A stretch of 64,000 bases of DNA from Pseudomonadales bacterium (lineage in GTDB: Bacteria; Pseudomonadota; Gammaproteobacteria; Pseudomonadales; UBA5862): contig JACKOQ010000001.1 in NCBI GenBank assembly GCA_024234215.1, forward strand, positions 479,674 through 543,673. Direction: 5' to 3'. Position 1 is the first letter of the stretch, and every line of letters starts with the position of its first letter. The notes under the pieces are model-generated. The model was given only the letters and a program-made list of their open reading frames with translations. It did not search any database and was not told the origin of the DNA. The translations under genes and the position numbers were made by a program. This document shows positions 26,041-35,477 of this stretch, piece after piece.

Positions 26041-26370
26041 ATGGTGTTTTTCTCGCCAAAGAAGAGCTGGGCCCGCGAAGAGCTGCTCCACCTGCTGTCA
26101 CTGTCGGGCACTCTGGCGGGCCTGTGCATCACCGGAGTGACCCTGCTGCATGGCCTGGCCGGCAGCTCAAGGATGGAGAGTCTGGCCGATGAGATGCTCG
26201 CCTTCTCGGCACTGCTGTTTCTGCTGAGCTGCTATCTGATCTTCTTTGCGCTGCGCCACAGGGAGAGTCGCCACGCGCAGCGGCTCGAAATGGTCGCCGA
26301 CGGGCTGTTCTTTGTGGCGCTCACCGGCATGGTCGCTGCCGGTTTCGTGATGGTCTGTCTGATTCGATGA
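26041..26370 (+). CDS. Small integral membrane protein, unknown function
   Basis: 109 aa with three hydrophobic spans. Coding-like codon usage, tightly packed after ubiX. Confidence 0.5.
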   Translation: MVFFSPKKSWAREELLHLLSLSGTLAGLCITGVTLLHGLAGSSRMESLADEMLAFSALLFLLSCYLIFFALRHRESRHAQRLEMVADGLFFVALTGMVAAGFVMVCLIR

Positions 26371-26419
26371 GGGCAACCCGGATGCATCGATTTCAATGGG
26401 CTGATACAGGGTGCAGCCG

Positions 26420-26653
26420 ATGACGCAACGGATCGATCAGCGTCTGGACGTCACCGGGCTCAACTGCCCGCTGCCGCTGCTGAAGGCCAAGCAGGCGCTC
26501 AATCGGCTGCCGGCCGACAGTTACCTCGAAGTGGTCGCCACCGACCCCGGTTCGGAGCGCGACTTCCAGATCTTCGCCAAACAGAGCAGTTACCAGTTGC
26601 TGCGACAGTGGCACGAGGCCGAGTTCATCCATCACCTGCTCTACAAGCCGTGA
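26420..26653 (+). CDS. tusA: TusA-family sulfurtransferase
   Basis: LDVTGLNCPLPLLKAKQAL is the CPxP active-site motif. An alternative GTG start is at 26411. Confidence 0.85.
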   Translation: MTQRIDQRLDVTGLNCPLPLLKAKQALNRLPADSYLEVVATDPGSERDFQIFAKQSSYQLLRQWHEAEFIHHLLYKP

Positions 26654-27284
26654 TGCCGTGGCCCTGCGCGATCAGGTCGCCATAGGCGGCGATCTCCTGC
26701 GCACGGTTGAGGTTGACGAAGGCGGCATGCTCGGCCGAGAAATCGACCCACCGGCTGCGACAGCGGCGATAGAATTCGCGTGGCGCACTGCCGCCGGCGG
26801 CCAGATGGTCGGCCACCGCGCCGGCCAGCTCGACGCGCCAGAGCGCGCAGAGCGATTGCAGCCGTTCGCCATCATGCACCACTGCCACCTCGGCATTGTG
26901 CTCGAGCAGTTGTCGGCCCAGCCGCGCCACCCAGTGCGCTGGCAGCGCCGGCGTGTCGCAGGGCGCGATGGCGAGATAGGGGGTGGTGCAGACCGCGAGC
27001 GCGGCAGCGATGCCATGCAGTGGCCCGGCATGGCCTGGCTGCGAGTCGCTGATCAGTCGATCGCCGAACTGGGCGTAGCGGTCGTGGTGGCGGTTGCAGC
27101 AGATCAGCAGTGTGCCCACCTGCGGCGCCAGCCGCTCGCGCACATGGGCGATCAGCGGGCGGCCTGCAAGGGGGTGGAGTCCCTTGTCGCACCCCCCCAA
27201 TCGCTGACCGGCGCCGCCGGCCAGAATCACGCCGGTGATCTGGGCGCGTGGCAGAGCGGGGTCTGGACTGTTTGCGTCACGCAT
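26625..27284 (-). CDS. mobA: Molybdenum cofactor guanylyltransferase
   Basis: ITGVILAGGAGQRLGGCDKGL...LAIAPCDTP. Confidence 0.85.
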   Translation of the reverse strand: MRDANSPDPALPRAQITGVILAGGAGQRLGGCDKGLHPLAGRPLIAHVRERLAPQVGTLLICCNRHHDRYAQFGDRLISDSQPGHAGPLHGIAAALAVCTTPYLAIAPCDTPALPAHWVARLGRQLLEHNAEVAVVHDGERLQSLCALWRVELAGAVADHLAAGGSAPREFYRRCRSRWVDFSAEHAAFVNLNRAQEIAAYGDLIAQGHGITACRAGDG

Positions 27285-27329
27285 GGCGGGATACTACCAT
27301 CGCCCAGCAACCAGGTCACAGAGAGCCCC

Positions 27330-27776
27330 ATGCTTTACCAGGTCGACAGACTGATCGAAGAGACCCGCCGCATTGCCGCCGAATACCGGCGCGCAACAGG
27401 GCAGGTGTTGCCGGTGAGCGGCGAGCTGGCCCGCCATGACGCGGCGCGCCTGCTCGGTCTGACCCTGCTCCACAACGCCGAGCAGGGGGTGGATGCCATC
27501 GATGCGGCGCAGCTCAAGTATCAGATCAAGAGCCGGGTGATCTTCAATCAGGAGCGTGGCGGGCAGCGCATCGGCCAGATCAGCCTCGAGGGTGGCTGGG
27601 ATCGGCTGCTGCTGGTGACCATGGATGCCAGCTACCAGCCGACGGCGATCTATCAGCTCGATCGGGAAGCGGCCAGCGCGGCGGTCGGCGACGGCAGTGC
27701 CGGGCGGCAGAAGCGCGGCGCCCTCTCGGTGGCCCGGATCAAGGCGCTGGCCACGCGGGTCTGGAGCCCGACTTGA
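27330..27776 (+). CDS. Hypothetical protein with PD-(D/E)xK-like motif (148 aa)
   Basis: VSGELARHDAARLLGL...GVDAID-x7-YQIKSR resembles a restriction-endonuclease-fold core (D...QxK). No family name can be confirmed without a search. Confidence 0.5.
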   Translation: MLYQVDRLIEETRRIAAEYRRATGQVLPVSGELARHDAARLLGLTLLHNAEQGVDAIDAAQLKYQIKSRVIFNQERGGQRIGQISLEGGWDRLLLVTMDASYQPTAIYQLDREAASAAVGDGSAGRQKRGALSVARIKALATRVWSPT

Positions 27777-29800
27777 GCCAACCGCCGGCCGTCGACGCCG
27801 CAACCGGGCCGCCCGCCATACACCCGGTCGCCGCGCTGCTCGATCGGGCCGGTCCCTTTGCCGCACAACTGCCGGGCTTCATGCCGCGCCAGTCGCAGAT
27901 GGCGATGGCGGCACTGGTGGCCGACACCCTCGAAGCGCGCGACATCGCCGTGATCGAGGCCGGCACCGGCACCGGCAAGACCTTCGCCTACCTGCTGCCG
28001 GCCGTCATCAGCGGCAAGCGGGTGATCATCTCCACCGGCACCAAGAATCTGCAACAGCAGCTCTTTTTCCGCGACCTGCCGGCGCTGCTGCGGGTGCTGG
28101 GACTCGATCTGTCGAGCGCGCTGCTGAAGGGGCGTGGCAACTACCTCTGTCCGCACCGGCTGGGCCTGACGCTCGAGAGCGTGACACTGTTCGAGCACGA
28201 AGATCGGCAACTGCTGGGCGAACTTGCGCAGTGGCACAGCGGTGGCGGCAGTGGTGATCTGGGCGACTTTCCTGCGCTCGACGAGGCCCATCCGCTCTGG
28301 CCGCGCATCACCAGCAGTGCCGACAATTGCCTGGGGCAGGAGTGTCCCGATTTCAGCCGCTGTCCGCTGATGGAGGCGCGGCGCGAGGCGCTGAAGGCCG
28401 AACTGGTGGTGATCAACCACCACCTGCTGTTTGCCGACATGGTGCTCAAGGAGGAAGGCGTCGGCGAACTGCTGCCGGGTGCCCATGCCCTGATCATCGA
28501 CGAGGCCCATCTGCTGCCGGAGATTGCCGGCCAGTTCTTCGGCGAGCGGCTGTCGAGCCGGCAGTTGATCGAACTGGCGCGCGACAGCGAGGGTGCGGCG
28601 CTCAAGGAGGCGGCCGATGACCTGCCGTTGCGGCAGCTGGCGGCCGGGCTGGAACAGGCTGCGCGGCGGCTGCGGCGGACGCTGGGGCCGAGCGAGCAGC
28701 GCGCGCCGTGGAACCGCCTGCTCGACCGCGCCGAGTTCAGCGCCCAGGCCGACCAGTTGCACGAGATGCTCGAGCAACTGCGGCAGCGGCTCGAACTGGT
28801 GCAGGGACGGGGCCGCGAACTGGCCCTCTGTTGCGAGCGCGCCGGCCGGCTGTCGACCATTCTGGCCACGCTGCTGAGCGAGCAGGCACAGGAGTCGGTG
28901 CGCTGGTACGAGACCAGCGAGCAGGGCTTTGCCTTCAACCGCACGCCGCTGTCGGTGGCCGAACCCTTCCGTCAGGCGCTCACCGGCTACCGTGCGGCCT
29001 GGATCTTCACCTCGGCCACCTTGGCCGTCGGTCAGAAGTTCGACCATTTCATCGCCCAGTTGGGGCTCGACCGGCTGCCCCGGCCACCGCGCGGCTGCGT
29101 GCTGCCCAGCCCGTTCGACTATTCGCGTCAGGCACTGCTCTATCTGCCGGCGCAGATGCCCGAGCCCAACCAGCCCGACTTCACCCACTGCTGGATCGAG
29201 CGGCTGCTGCCGCTGCTGCGCGCCAGCCGGGGCGGGGCCTTTCTGCTCTTCACCAGCCATCGGGCGCTGCGCGAGGCAGCGACGCTGCTGCGGCAACAGA
29301 TTGACCTGCCGCTGCTGGTGCAGGGCGAGCTGTCGCGGCGCGCCATGCTCGAACGGTTCATCGAGCGTGATGATGCCCTGCTGCTGGGGGCCAGCAGCTT
29401 CTGGCAGGGGGTTGACATCCCCGGTCAATCGCTGCGGCTGGTGGCGATCGACAAGCTGCCTTTTGCCAGCCCGGACGATCCGGTGACTCAGGCGCGGGTC
29501 GATGCGATGCGTCGCCAGGGCGGCAACCCGTTCAACGACTACCAGTTGCCGCAGGCGGTGGTGAGCCTCAAGCAGGGGGTGGGGCGGCTGATTCGCGGCG
29601 TGACCGACCGGGGCGTGCTGGTGATCGGTGACCCTCGATTGCGCAGCCGCAGCTATGGCAGAATCTTCCGCCAGTCGCTGCCGCCGATGCCGGTGACCGA
29701 CTACGAAGCGCAGGCGGTCGAGTTCCTCGAAGCGCTCTGCTCACCCCTCCCTGCCGCCGACAGCGAAATGCCCGACCATGGCCAGACTGCTTGCCCTTGA
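27773..29800 (+). CDS. yoaA: ATP-dependent DNA helicase, DinG/YoaA (XPD-like Fe-S) family
   Basis: Walker A AGTGTGKTFAYLLPA, DEAH box IIDEAHLL, and a Cys cluster CPHR...CLGQECPDFSRCP. It is adjacent to tsaB, as yoaA is in E. coli. The exact start (TTG at 27773) is uncertain. Confidence 0.8.
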   Translation: MSQPPAVDAATGPPAIHPVAALLDRAGPFAAQLPGFMPRQSQMAMAALVADTLEARDIAVIEAGTGTGKTFAYLLPAVISGKRVIISTGTKNLQQQLFFRDLPALLRVLGLDLSSALLKGRGNYLCPHRLGLTLESVTLFEHEDRQLLGELAQWHSGGGSGDLGDFPALDEAHPLWPRITSSADNCLGQECPDFSRCPLMEARREALKAELVVINHHLLFADMVLKEEGVGELLPGAHALIIDEAHLLPEIAGQFFGERLSSRQLIELARDSEGAALKEAADDLPLRQLAAGLEQAARRLRRTLGPSEQRAPWNRLLDRAEFSAQADQLHEMLEQLRQRLELVQGRGRELALCCERAGRLSTILATLLSEQAQESVRWYETSEQGFAFNRTPLSVAEPFRQALTGYRAAWIFTSATLAVGQKFDHFIAQLGLDRLPRPPRGCVLPSPFDYSRQALLYLPAQMPEPNQPDFTHCWIERLLPLLRASRGGAFLLFTSHRALREAATLLRQQIDLPLLVQGELSRRAMLERFIERDDALLLGASSFWQGVDIPGQSLRLVAIDKLPFASPDDPVTQARVDAMRRQGGNPFNDYQLPQAVVSLKQGVGRLIRGVTDRGVLVIGDPRLRSRSYGRIFRQSLPPMPVTDYEAQAVEFLEALCSPLPAADSEMPDHGQTACP

Positions 29801-30491
29801 GACCTCCAGTGAACGCTGCTCGGTTGCCCTGTGGTGGGAGGGCGCGCTCAGCGAGCGCCAGGTCGATCTGCCGCGTGAACACAACCGCCAGCTGCTGGGC
29901 CTGATCGAAGCCTTGATGGCCGAGCACGATGCCCGCTTTGGCGAGCTCGATGCCATCGCCTTCGGCGCCGGACCCGGCTCCTTCACCGGACTGCGCATTG
30001 CCTGTGGCGTCGCGCAGGGGCTGGCGTTGGGCGCGGAGATCGGCGTGCTGCCGGTGTCGAGTCTGGCGGCGCTGGCCCATGCGGCCGCGCTGCGTCATCC
30101 GCAGCAGCGGGTGTTGACCGCCGTCGATGCGCGCATGGGCGAGATTTACTGGTGCGGCTATCAGTTGCAAGCGCAGCGGCCGCAGCCGCTGCTGGAGGAG
30201 TGGCTGGGGCCGGCAGCGCAGATTCCGCTGCCGGCCGGACTCGATCTGGCCGACACGGTCGGGGTCGGCAACGGCTGGAGCCAGCCACAGCCGCTGGTCG
30301 AAGCGCTCGGTGGAGAGCCGGCCCGGATCGATGCCGGACTGCTGCCCAGTGCAGCCGCTGTGGTGGCGCTGGCACTGCCGGCGCTGGCGCGCGGTGAACT
30401 GCTGCCGCCCGAAGCCGCCCAGCCCAGCTATCTGCGCGAACAGATCTCCTGGCGCAAGCGGGCCGATCGGGGTCTCTCTTCAGGAGGTTGA
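29778..30491 (+). CDS. tsaB: tRNA t6A37 biosynthesis protein TsaB
   Basis: MARLLALETSSERCSVAL...GPGSFTGLRIACGVAQGLA. Confidence 0.9.
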   Translation: MARLLALETSSERCSVALWWEGALSERQVDLPREHNRQLLGLIEALMAEHDARFGELDAIAFGAGPGSFTGLRIACGVAQGLALGAEIGVLPVSSLAALAHAAALRHPQQRVLTAVDARMGEIYWCGYQLQAQRPQPLLEEWLGPAAQIPLPAGLDLADTVGVGNGWSQPQPLVEALGGEPARIDAGLLPSAAAVVALALPALARGELLPPEAAQPSYLREQISWRKRADRGLSSGG

Positions 30492-31292
30492 AGCCGCCTC
30501 TGCCGCCTCCTGCTTCGACGGCAGCTTGCGCAGCGTGTAGACATCGAAGCGGCAACTGGAGCCCTCGAGGCTGTGGTGCGCGGTCAGGCCCGCCAGCGGT
30601 GGCGCCTGGCGCGGCCGCTTGACCACCACCCGATAGCGCGCCCGCTCCAGCGCCAGCGGCAGCAGTGCGTCGGCATCCTCGTCATGCCCCACCAACTGCT
30701 GCAACAGCACCATCGTCCTGCGTGGCAGCGCTGACTTGCGGCGCGGTGGAAACATCGGGTCGAGGCAGATGACATCGTGCTGTCGTCCGCTGGCCAACTC
30801 GTCGCGGGCGTCGCATTGCCGCAGGGTGATGCAGGTGACGATGGCGGCCAACTCCGCCTTCTGGCCGGCGCGTGCCAGTGCATCGGCCAGCAGTGCCGCC
30901 ATCACCGGCGAGCGCTCGCAGAGGGTCACCTGGCAGCCGAGGCTGGCCAGCACAAAGGCATCGGTGCCGAAACCGCCGGTGGCATCGAGCAGTTGCGGAC
31001 GAAAACCGCCACGCAGACCCACTGCCCGGGCCAGGGGTTCCTGGGTGCCGCCACCGTGACGACGCCGGTAATCGAGGCGGCCATGGCCGAAATCGATCCG
31101 CAGCGGCTGTTCGCCCGCTGCGTCCATGCTGTGCAGGGCCAGTCCATCCTGATCGAGAATCAACAGCAGCGCGGCGGAATCGGCCTGTTCGATCGCGATC
31201 AGCGGCAACTGGTGGCGCATGGCCAGCGCTTCGGCCTGCTCGGCGAAGCAGGAGGTGGAGTCGTGCAGGATGCCGACGCGCTGAAGGGTCAC
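30480..31292 (-). CDS. rsmJ: 16S rRNA (guanine1516-N2)-methyltransferase RsmJ
   Basis: LLDATGGFGTDAFVLASLGCQVTLCERSP closely parallels the E. coli RsmJ core. GTG start. Confidence 0.8.
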   Translation of the reverse strand: MTLQRVGILHDSTSCFAEQAEALAMRHQLPLIAIEQADSAALLLILDQDGLALHSMDAAGEQPLRIDFGHGRLDYRRRHGGGTQEPLARAVGLRGGFRPQLLDATGGFGTDAFVLASLGCQVTLCERSPVMAALLADALARAGQKAELAAIVTCITLRQCDARDELASGRQHDVICLDPMFPPRRKSALPRRTMVLLQQLVGHDEDADALLPLALERARYRVVVKRPRQAPPLAGLTAHHSLEGSSCRFDVYTLRKLPSKQEAAEAASTS

Positions 31293-31600
31293 ACGTAGAG
31301 GTCGACACCCACCAGGGTGACTTCAGGCGTTTCGGTTACCGGTGGCGTAGCCCACTCGCCATAGGCACGCAGTGCGGCGCGCGCCTGTGCGGTCAGCGTG
31401 CGTTGCCATGGGTCGAGATTGGTACCGCCGCGCGGGCTCGACTCGCGCCAGACGGGGCGGCGCAGGGTTTCCACGCTGTCCTTAGCCGCGACGGCCTCCC
31501 GCGTGGCGAAACTGGTGCGTTCCGCTGCACGCACCGGCCACTGCGGTGTGGCACTGCGTGGCGCCGGCAGGGTGGAGGGGGTGATTGCGCTGGAGGACAT
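31289..31600 (-). CDS. Hypothetical protein (103 aa), translationally coupled to rsmJ
   Basis: High third-position G+C across the whole frame when read codon by codon. GTGTGA stop/start overlap with rsmJ. No recognisable motif. Confidence 0.45.
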   Translation of the reverse strand: MSSSAITPSTLPAPRSATPQWPVRAAERTSFATREAVAAKDSVETLRRPVWRESSPRGGTNLDPWQRTLTAQARAALRAYGEWATPPVTETPEVTLVGVDLYV

Positions 31601-31704
31601 GGGTGCGGTGGCCGGTGTTGGCGGTAGCCATGTGGGTGAGATGGCCGAAGTATAAATGAAAGCGGCATGCCCTGTGATCCGACCTTTGAATCTTCACGCC
31701 AACA

Positions 31705-31736
31705 GAAAGGCCCTGGCTTTGAGGCCAGGGCCTTTC
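31705..31736 (-). terminator. Rho-independent terminator after the acyl-CoA synthetase gene
   Basis: Perfect 13-bp stem GAAAGGCCCTGGC / GCCAGGGCCTTTC with a 6-nt loop. On the minus strand it is followed by a TCTGTT tail. Confidence 0.65.
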
Positions 31737-31784
31737 ATCGATCGGTCAGTGTGGATCAGACGGGTGGTCTGACCCGCAGCGGGC

Positions 31785-33344
31785 TCAGGCGGCTGGGATG
31801 TAGATGTCCCGCACCTTGCGCCGCTGGATCTTGCCGGCATCGCTGCGCGGCAGTGCGTCCATGAACTCGATCTTGCGCGGGCACTTGAACTTGGCCAGGT
31901 TCTGCTGGCAGAAGCTGATCAGATCCTGCTTCAGTTCTTCAGAGGGTTTGACGCCCTCTTTCAGTTCGATCACCGCCATCACCTCCTGACCCCAGTCGGG
32001 GTTGGGCACGCCGATGGTGCAGGCATCGCTGACGGCAGGATGCTTGAGCAGCGCGGCATCGACCTCGGCGGGGTAGATGTTGACGCCACCGGCGAGGATC
32101 AGGTCGGCGCGGCGGTCGGAGAGGTAGAGCCAGCCCTCTTCGTCGACCCAGCCCATGTCATGCATCGAGTAGTGGGTGCCATTGCGGTAGGCCTTCTGCG
32201 TCTTCTCTTCGGCCTTGAAGTATTTGAAACCGCCCTCGGGAGGCACCGGAATCCAGATGATGCCGATCTCGCCCGGTGGCAGCTCCTGGTCGGTCTCTTC
32301 GCTGACGATGATCAGTCCTTCCGGTGCCAGACCCACGCCGCCCGGTTTCTTTCTCCATTCGGCCGGGGTGATGGTGGTGCCGACCCCTTCGGTGGCGCCG
32401 TAGTATTCATAGATGATGTCGCCGACCCAGTCGAGCATCTGCTGCTTGACGTGCACCGGACAGGGCGCGGCACCATGAATGATGAACTTCAGCGACGAGA
32501 GGTCGTACTTCTTGCGCACCTCTTCGGGCAGGGCCAGCATTCGGTGGAACATGGTCGGGACCATGTGGCTGTGGGTGATCTTGTGTTTTTCGATCAGTTG
32601 CAGGGTTCGTTCAGGATCCCACTTGTCCATCAGGTAGACGCCGAGGCCGTTGCCGAGCGCGGCCAGCAGGTCGATGCCGAGCGGTGCGGCATGGTAGAGC
32701 GGCCCGGTGCAGAGGGTGACGTCGGTCGCCGGCTGGTAGTTGGCATACTGGGTGACGGCCGAGGGCGAAGAGGCGGCCTCGCGGTAGACCCCCTTGGGAT
32801 AGCCGGTGGTGCCGGAGGTGTAGAGCATCTGGAAGCCGCGGACCGGCGCGTCGATGTTGCTGGTCGGTTGCTCCTTGATGGCGCTCTCCAGGTTCTGGAA
32901 GCCGGGAATGTCGCCGCCGATCGACAGCGCCAGTTTGACGTCGGGGCTCTCCTTGAGCACCTTGGCCATGGTGTCGGCGAAGCGGGCATCGCCAAACAGC
33001 ACCTTGGATTCCGAGTCGTTGACGATGTAGGCCATCTCCGGGGCAGTCAGGTGCCAGTTGACCGGCGATACGCGCATTCCGGTGCGGAAGCAGGCCATCA
33101 GCGCTTCGACGAATTCGGCGCGGTTGGAGCAGATCAGTGACACTGCATCACCGGCCTTCATGCCGTTGGCGCGCATCAGATGGGCGATCTGGTTGATGCG
33201 GGCATTGAGTTCGCCGTAGCTGCGGGTGGGTCCCTGATCAGCCATGATCGCGACACGGTTGGGGTTTTTGTTGGCATGGAAGGCCACGATCATGCCGCAG
33301 CCAGCTGCGGCCATCGGATCGTTCAGGTAGGCAGGTTCGCTCAT
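31785..33344 (-). CDS. AMP-dependent acyl-CoA synthetase/ligase
   Basis: AMP-binding motif YTSGTTGYPKGV, ...GYGATEG-like YYGATEG, C-terminal GKIQRRKVR. Start chosen at MSEPAY (33344). Confidence 0.85.
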   Translation of the reverse strand: MSEPAYLNDPMAAAGCGMIVAFHANKNPNRVAIMADQGPTRSYGELNARINQIAHLMRANGMKAGDAVSLICSNRAEFVEALMACFRTGMRVSPVNWHLTAPEMAYIVNDSESKVLFGDARFADTMAKVLKESPDVKLALSIGGDIPGFQNLESAIKEQPTSNIDAPVRGFQMLYTSGTTGYPKGVYREAASSPSAVTQYANYQPATDVTLCTGPLYHAAPLGIDLLAALGNGLGVYLMDKWDPERTLQLIEKHKITHSHMVPTMFHRMLALPEEVRKKYDLSSLKFIIHGAAPCPVHVKQQMLDWVGDIIYEYYGATEGVGTTITPAEWRKKPGGVGLAPEGLIIVSEETDQELPPGEIGIIWIPVPPEGGFKYFKAEEKTQKAYRNGTHYSMHDMGWVDEEGWLYLSDRRADLILAGGVNIYPAEVDAALLKHPAVSDACTIGVPNPDWGQEVMAVIELKEGVKPSEELKQDLISFCQQNLAKFKCPRKIEFMDALPRSDAGKIQRRKVRDIYIPAA

Positions 33345-33465
33345 CGGTTGTTCCTCGATTTTATTCTGGTCGTTGATGTTATTGATCTTGTTGGTCGAAG
33401 CGGGCGCTTCGAGCCGGGTCGCCGGATCATCGGCCGGGGTGAACTTTACCGAAAACCGGTGTTGA

Positions 33466-35469
33466 TTACGACTGCTGTTTGCGGTGCTTGAGCGCACGAA
33501 CGGCAAAGCGTGCCGGGTTGAGTGCCGTCATCACTGTGCTCTCGACCGGCAGGCTGTCACCGCTCACCAGCGCGGCGATCAGTTCGGCGCACAGCGGCGC
33601 CTGGACGAATCCGCGCGAGCCATGGCCGGCATTGATGTAGAGGCCCGGCAGGTGGCGGATCGGCTGCGCGCCCGCTGTCACCGGCCCGACCAGCGGCAAT
33701 CGGTCTGGGGTGGTGGCACGAATGCCGTAGCGTCCAGCAAGGCGGGCTGGATCGAGCTGTTCGTCTGCCAGCTGCTGGTGGAAGGTCGGGAATTCCTGCT
33801 GCAGCATCGCCAGATTGCGCCGATGGTCGTCGATGCTTGGCAGGCCGTCGTCATCGTGCAGCCGATAGCTGGCGCCAAAGGTGTGCGCCGCCTGGTCCGC
33901 CGGTGCCAGATAGCCTTCACCACACAGCACCAGTTGCAGTGACCGGCTGGCGCTGGAGACGGGCAGTTGGCTCACCTGCCCGCCGATCGGCTTGATCGGC
34001 AGCGCTGCCAGCGGTTCGAAGCGGGTCGAGGCAGCGCCGGCGCTGATCACCACGGTCGCTGTGCGCAGCAGGCAGTGACCGGAGCCATCGAGCAACTGCC
34101 AGCTGCCATGCTCGGCGTCGTGGCGCAGTTGCGTCACTGCGGTGCCGAAGTGACAACGGATGCGCGGATGGCTGCTCAACTGCTGGCAGAGCGCGGTCGG
34201 GGTGAGCCAGCCGCCGGTCGGAAAGAGCAGCCCGCCCTGTGCCAGCGCCACGCCGGCGAGCTGACTGGCCTCTGCTGCGTCGACCCAGCGCACCAGCGTC
34301 GTCGGCAGGCCGGAACGGTGGGCGATGTCGAGCAGCCGCTGGCGGGTGGCCGCCTGCGTCGCCAGTTGCAGCAGGCCGCAGCCATGCAGCAGCGTCGCCT
34401 GTTCGGCGCTGCGCTGCTGCTCCAGTGCCTGGTAGAACCGCAGTGCGTGGAGGTAGCTGTGCAGCGCAAAGCGGCTCTGTGGCGTGGCGTGGGCCGAGAG
34501 CTTGCTGTAGAGCACCGCCTGCGGATTGCCCGAGGCGGCGCGGCCGGCGCCGTTCTCGCTGTCGAACAGTGCGACCTCGATGCCGCGCCGGGCCAGTGCC
34601 TGCGCGGTGCTGCTGCCGGCGATGCCGGCGCCGATCACGGCCACCGGTGCAGAGGCCGTGGCGGCATGGCGGGCCGGTGGCAGCCAGCTCCATGGAGGAC
34701 CTGGCTCGACGACCGGTGCGGTCGCTGCCACGAAATGGCCGAGCAGCCGTTCACGCTTGTGGCCAAAACCGCTGGCGCGCTCCACCCTGAAACCGGCGTC
34801 GCTCAGGCCGCGGCGCACTGCACCGGCAGCGGTGTAGGTGCCGAAGGTGGTGCCGGGACGCGACAGCCGGGCCAGTTGCCGGTAGAGCCCGTCGTGCCAC
34901 ATGCCGGGGTTGCGCTGCGGGGCAAAGCCGTCGAGGAACCAGCCATCGATGGCGAAGCCCTGTCGGGTGCAGAGCTGCGCCAGCATCGCCTCGGCGTCGC
35001 CGAACAGCAGATCGAGGGTCACAGGGCTGGTGCCGGCATGCAGTTCGAGGCGGTGGATGCCGGGGATGGCGGCCGGATAGGCCGCGAGCAACGGCTCGCT
35101 CAGTGCGGTGAGCGGCGGATGGCGGGTCAGTGCGCGGGCCAGATCGTCCGGGTGCAGTGGATGGGCCTCGACCGCCAGATAGTGCAACCGGGCCGCTGCC
35201 GGCGCCAGCCGCTGCCAGAGCTCCCAGGCGAGCAGAAAGTTGCTGCCGGTGCCGAAGCCGGTCTCACCGAGTGTGAAGCGGTCACCGCTGCGCAATCCTG
35301 ACCAGCGCTCGCCCAGCCGGTTGGCATCGAGAAAGACCAGCCGGCTTTCGGCCAGGGCGCCGGCGCGGCTGGCATAGTGGTCACCGAAGCGGGATGAGAA
35401 GGGTTCATCGTCCGCCGACCAGTCGATCTCGGCCTGGGGCAGCGCAAAGGGTGGGTCGGCCTCGGACAT
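33466..35469 (-). CDS. mnmC: Bifunctional tRNA (mnm5s2U34) methyltransferase / FAD-dependent cmnm5s2U34 oxidoreductase
   Basis: N-terminal methyltransferase region (TLGETGFGTGSNFL) and FAD-binding region VAVIGAGIAGSSTA. Start at MSEADPP (35469). The track ORF extends falsely upstream into the transporter gene. Confidence 0.85.
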   Translation of the reverse strand: MSEADPPFALPQAEIDWSADDEPFSSRFGDHYASRAGALAESRLVFLDANRLGERWSGLRSGDRFTLGETGFGTGSNFLLAWELWQRLAPAAARLHYLAVEAHPLHPDDLARALTRHPPLTALSEPLLAAYPAAIPGIHRLELHAGTSPVTLDLLFGDAEAMLAQLCTRQGFAIDGWFLDGFAPQRNPGMWHDGLYRQLARLSRPGTTFGTYTAAGAVRRGLSDAGFRVERASGFGHKRERLLGHFVAATAPVVEPGPPWSWLPPARHAATASAPVAVIGAGIAGSSTAQALARRGIEVALFDSENGAGRAASGNPQAVLYSKLSAHATPQSRFALHSYLHALRFYQALEQQRSAEQATLLHGCGLLQLATQAATRQRLLDIAHRSGLPTTLVRWVDAAEASQLAGVALAQGGLLFPTGGWLTPTALCQQLSSHPRIRCHFGTAVTQLRHDAEHGSWQLLDGSGHCLLRTATVVISAGAASTRFEPLAALPIKPIGGQVSQLPVSSASRSLQLVLCGEGYLAPADQAAHTFGASYRLHDDDGLPSIDDHRRNLAMLQQEFPTFHQQLADEQLDPARLAGRYGIRATTPDRLPLVGPVTAGAQPIRHLPGLYINAGHGSRGFVQAPLCAELIAALVSGDSLPVESTVMTALNPARFAVRALKHRKQQS

Positions 35470-35477
35470 CGCTCGGC

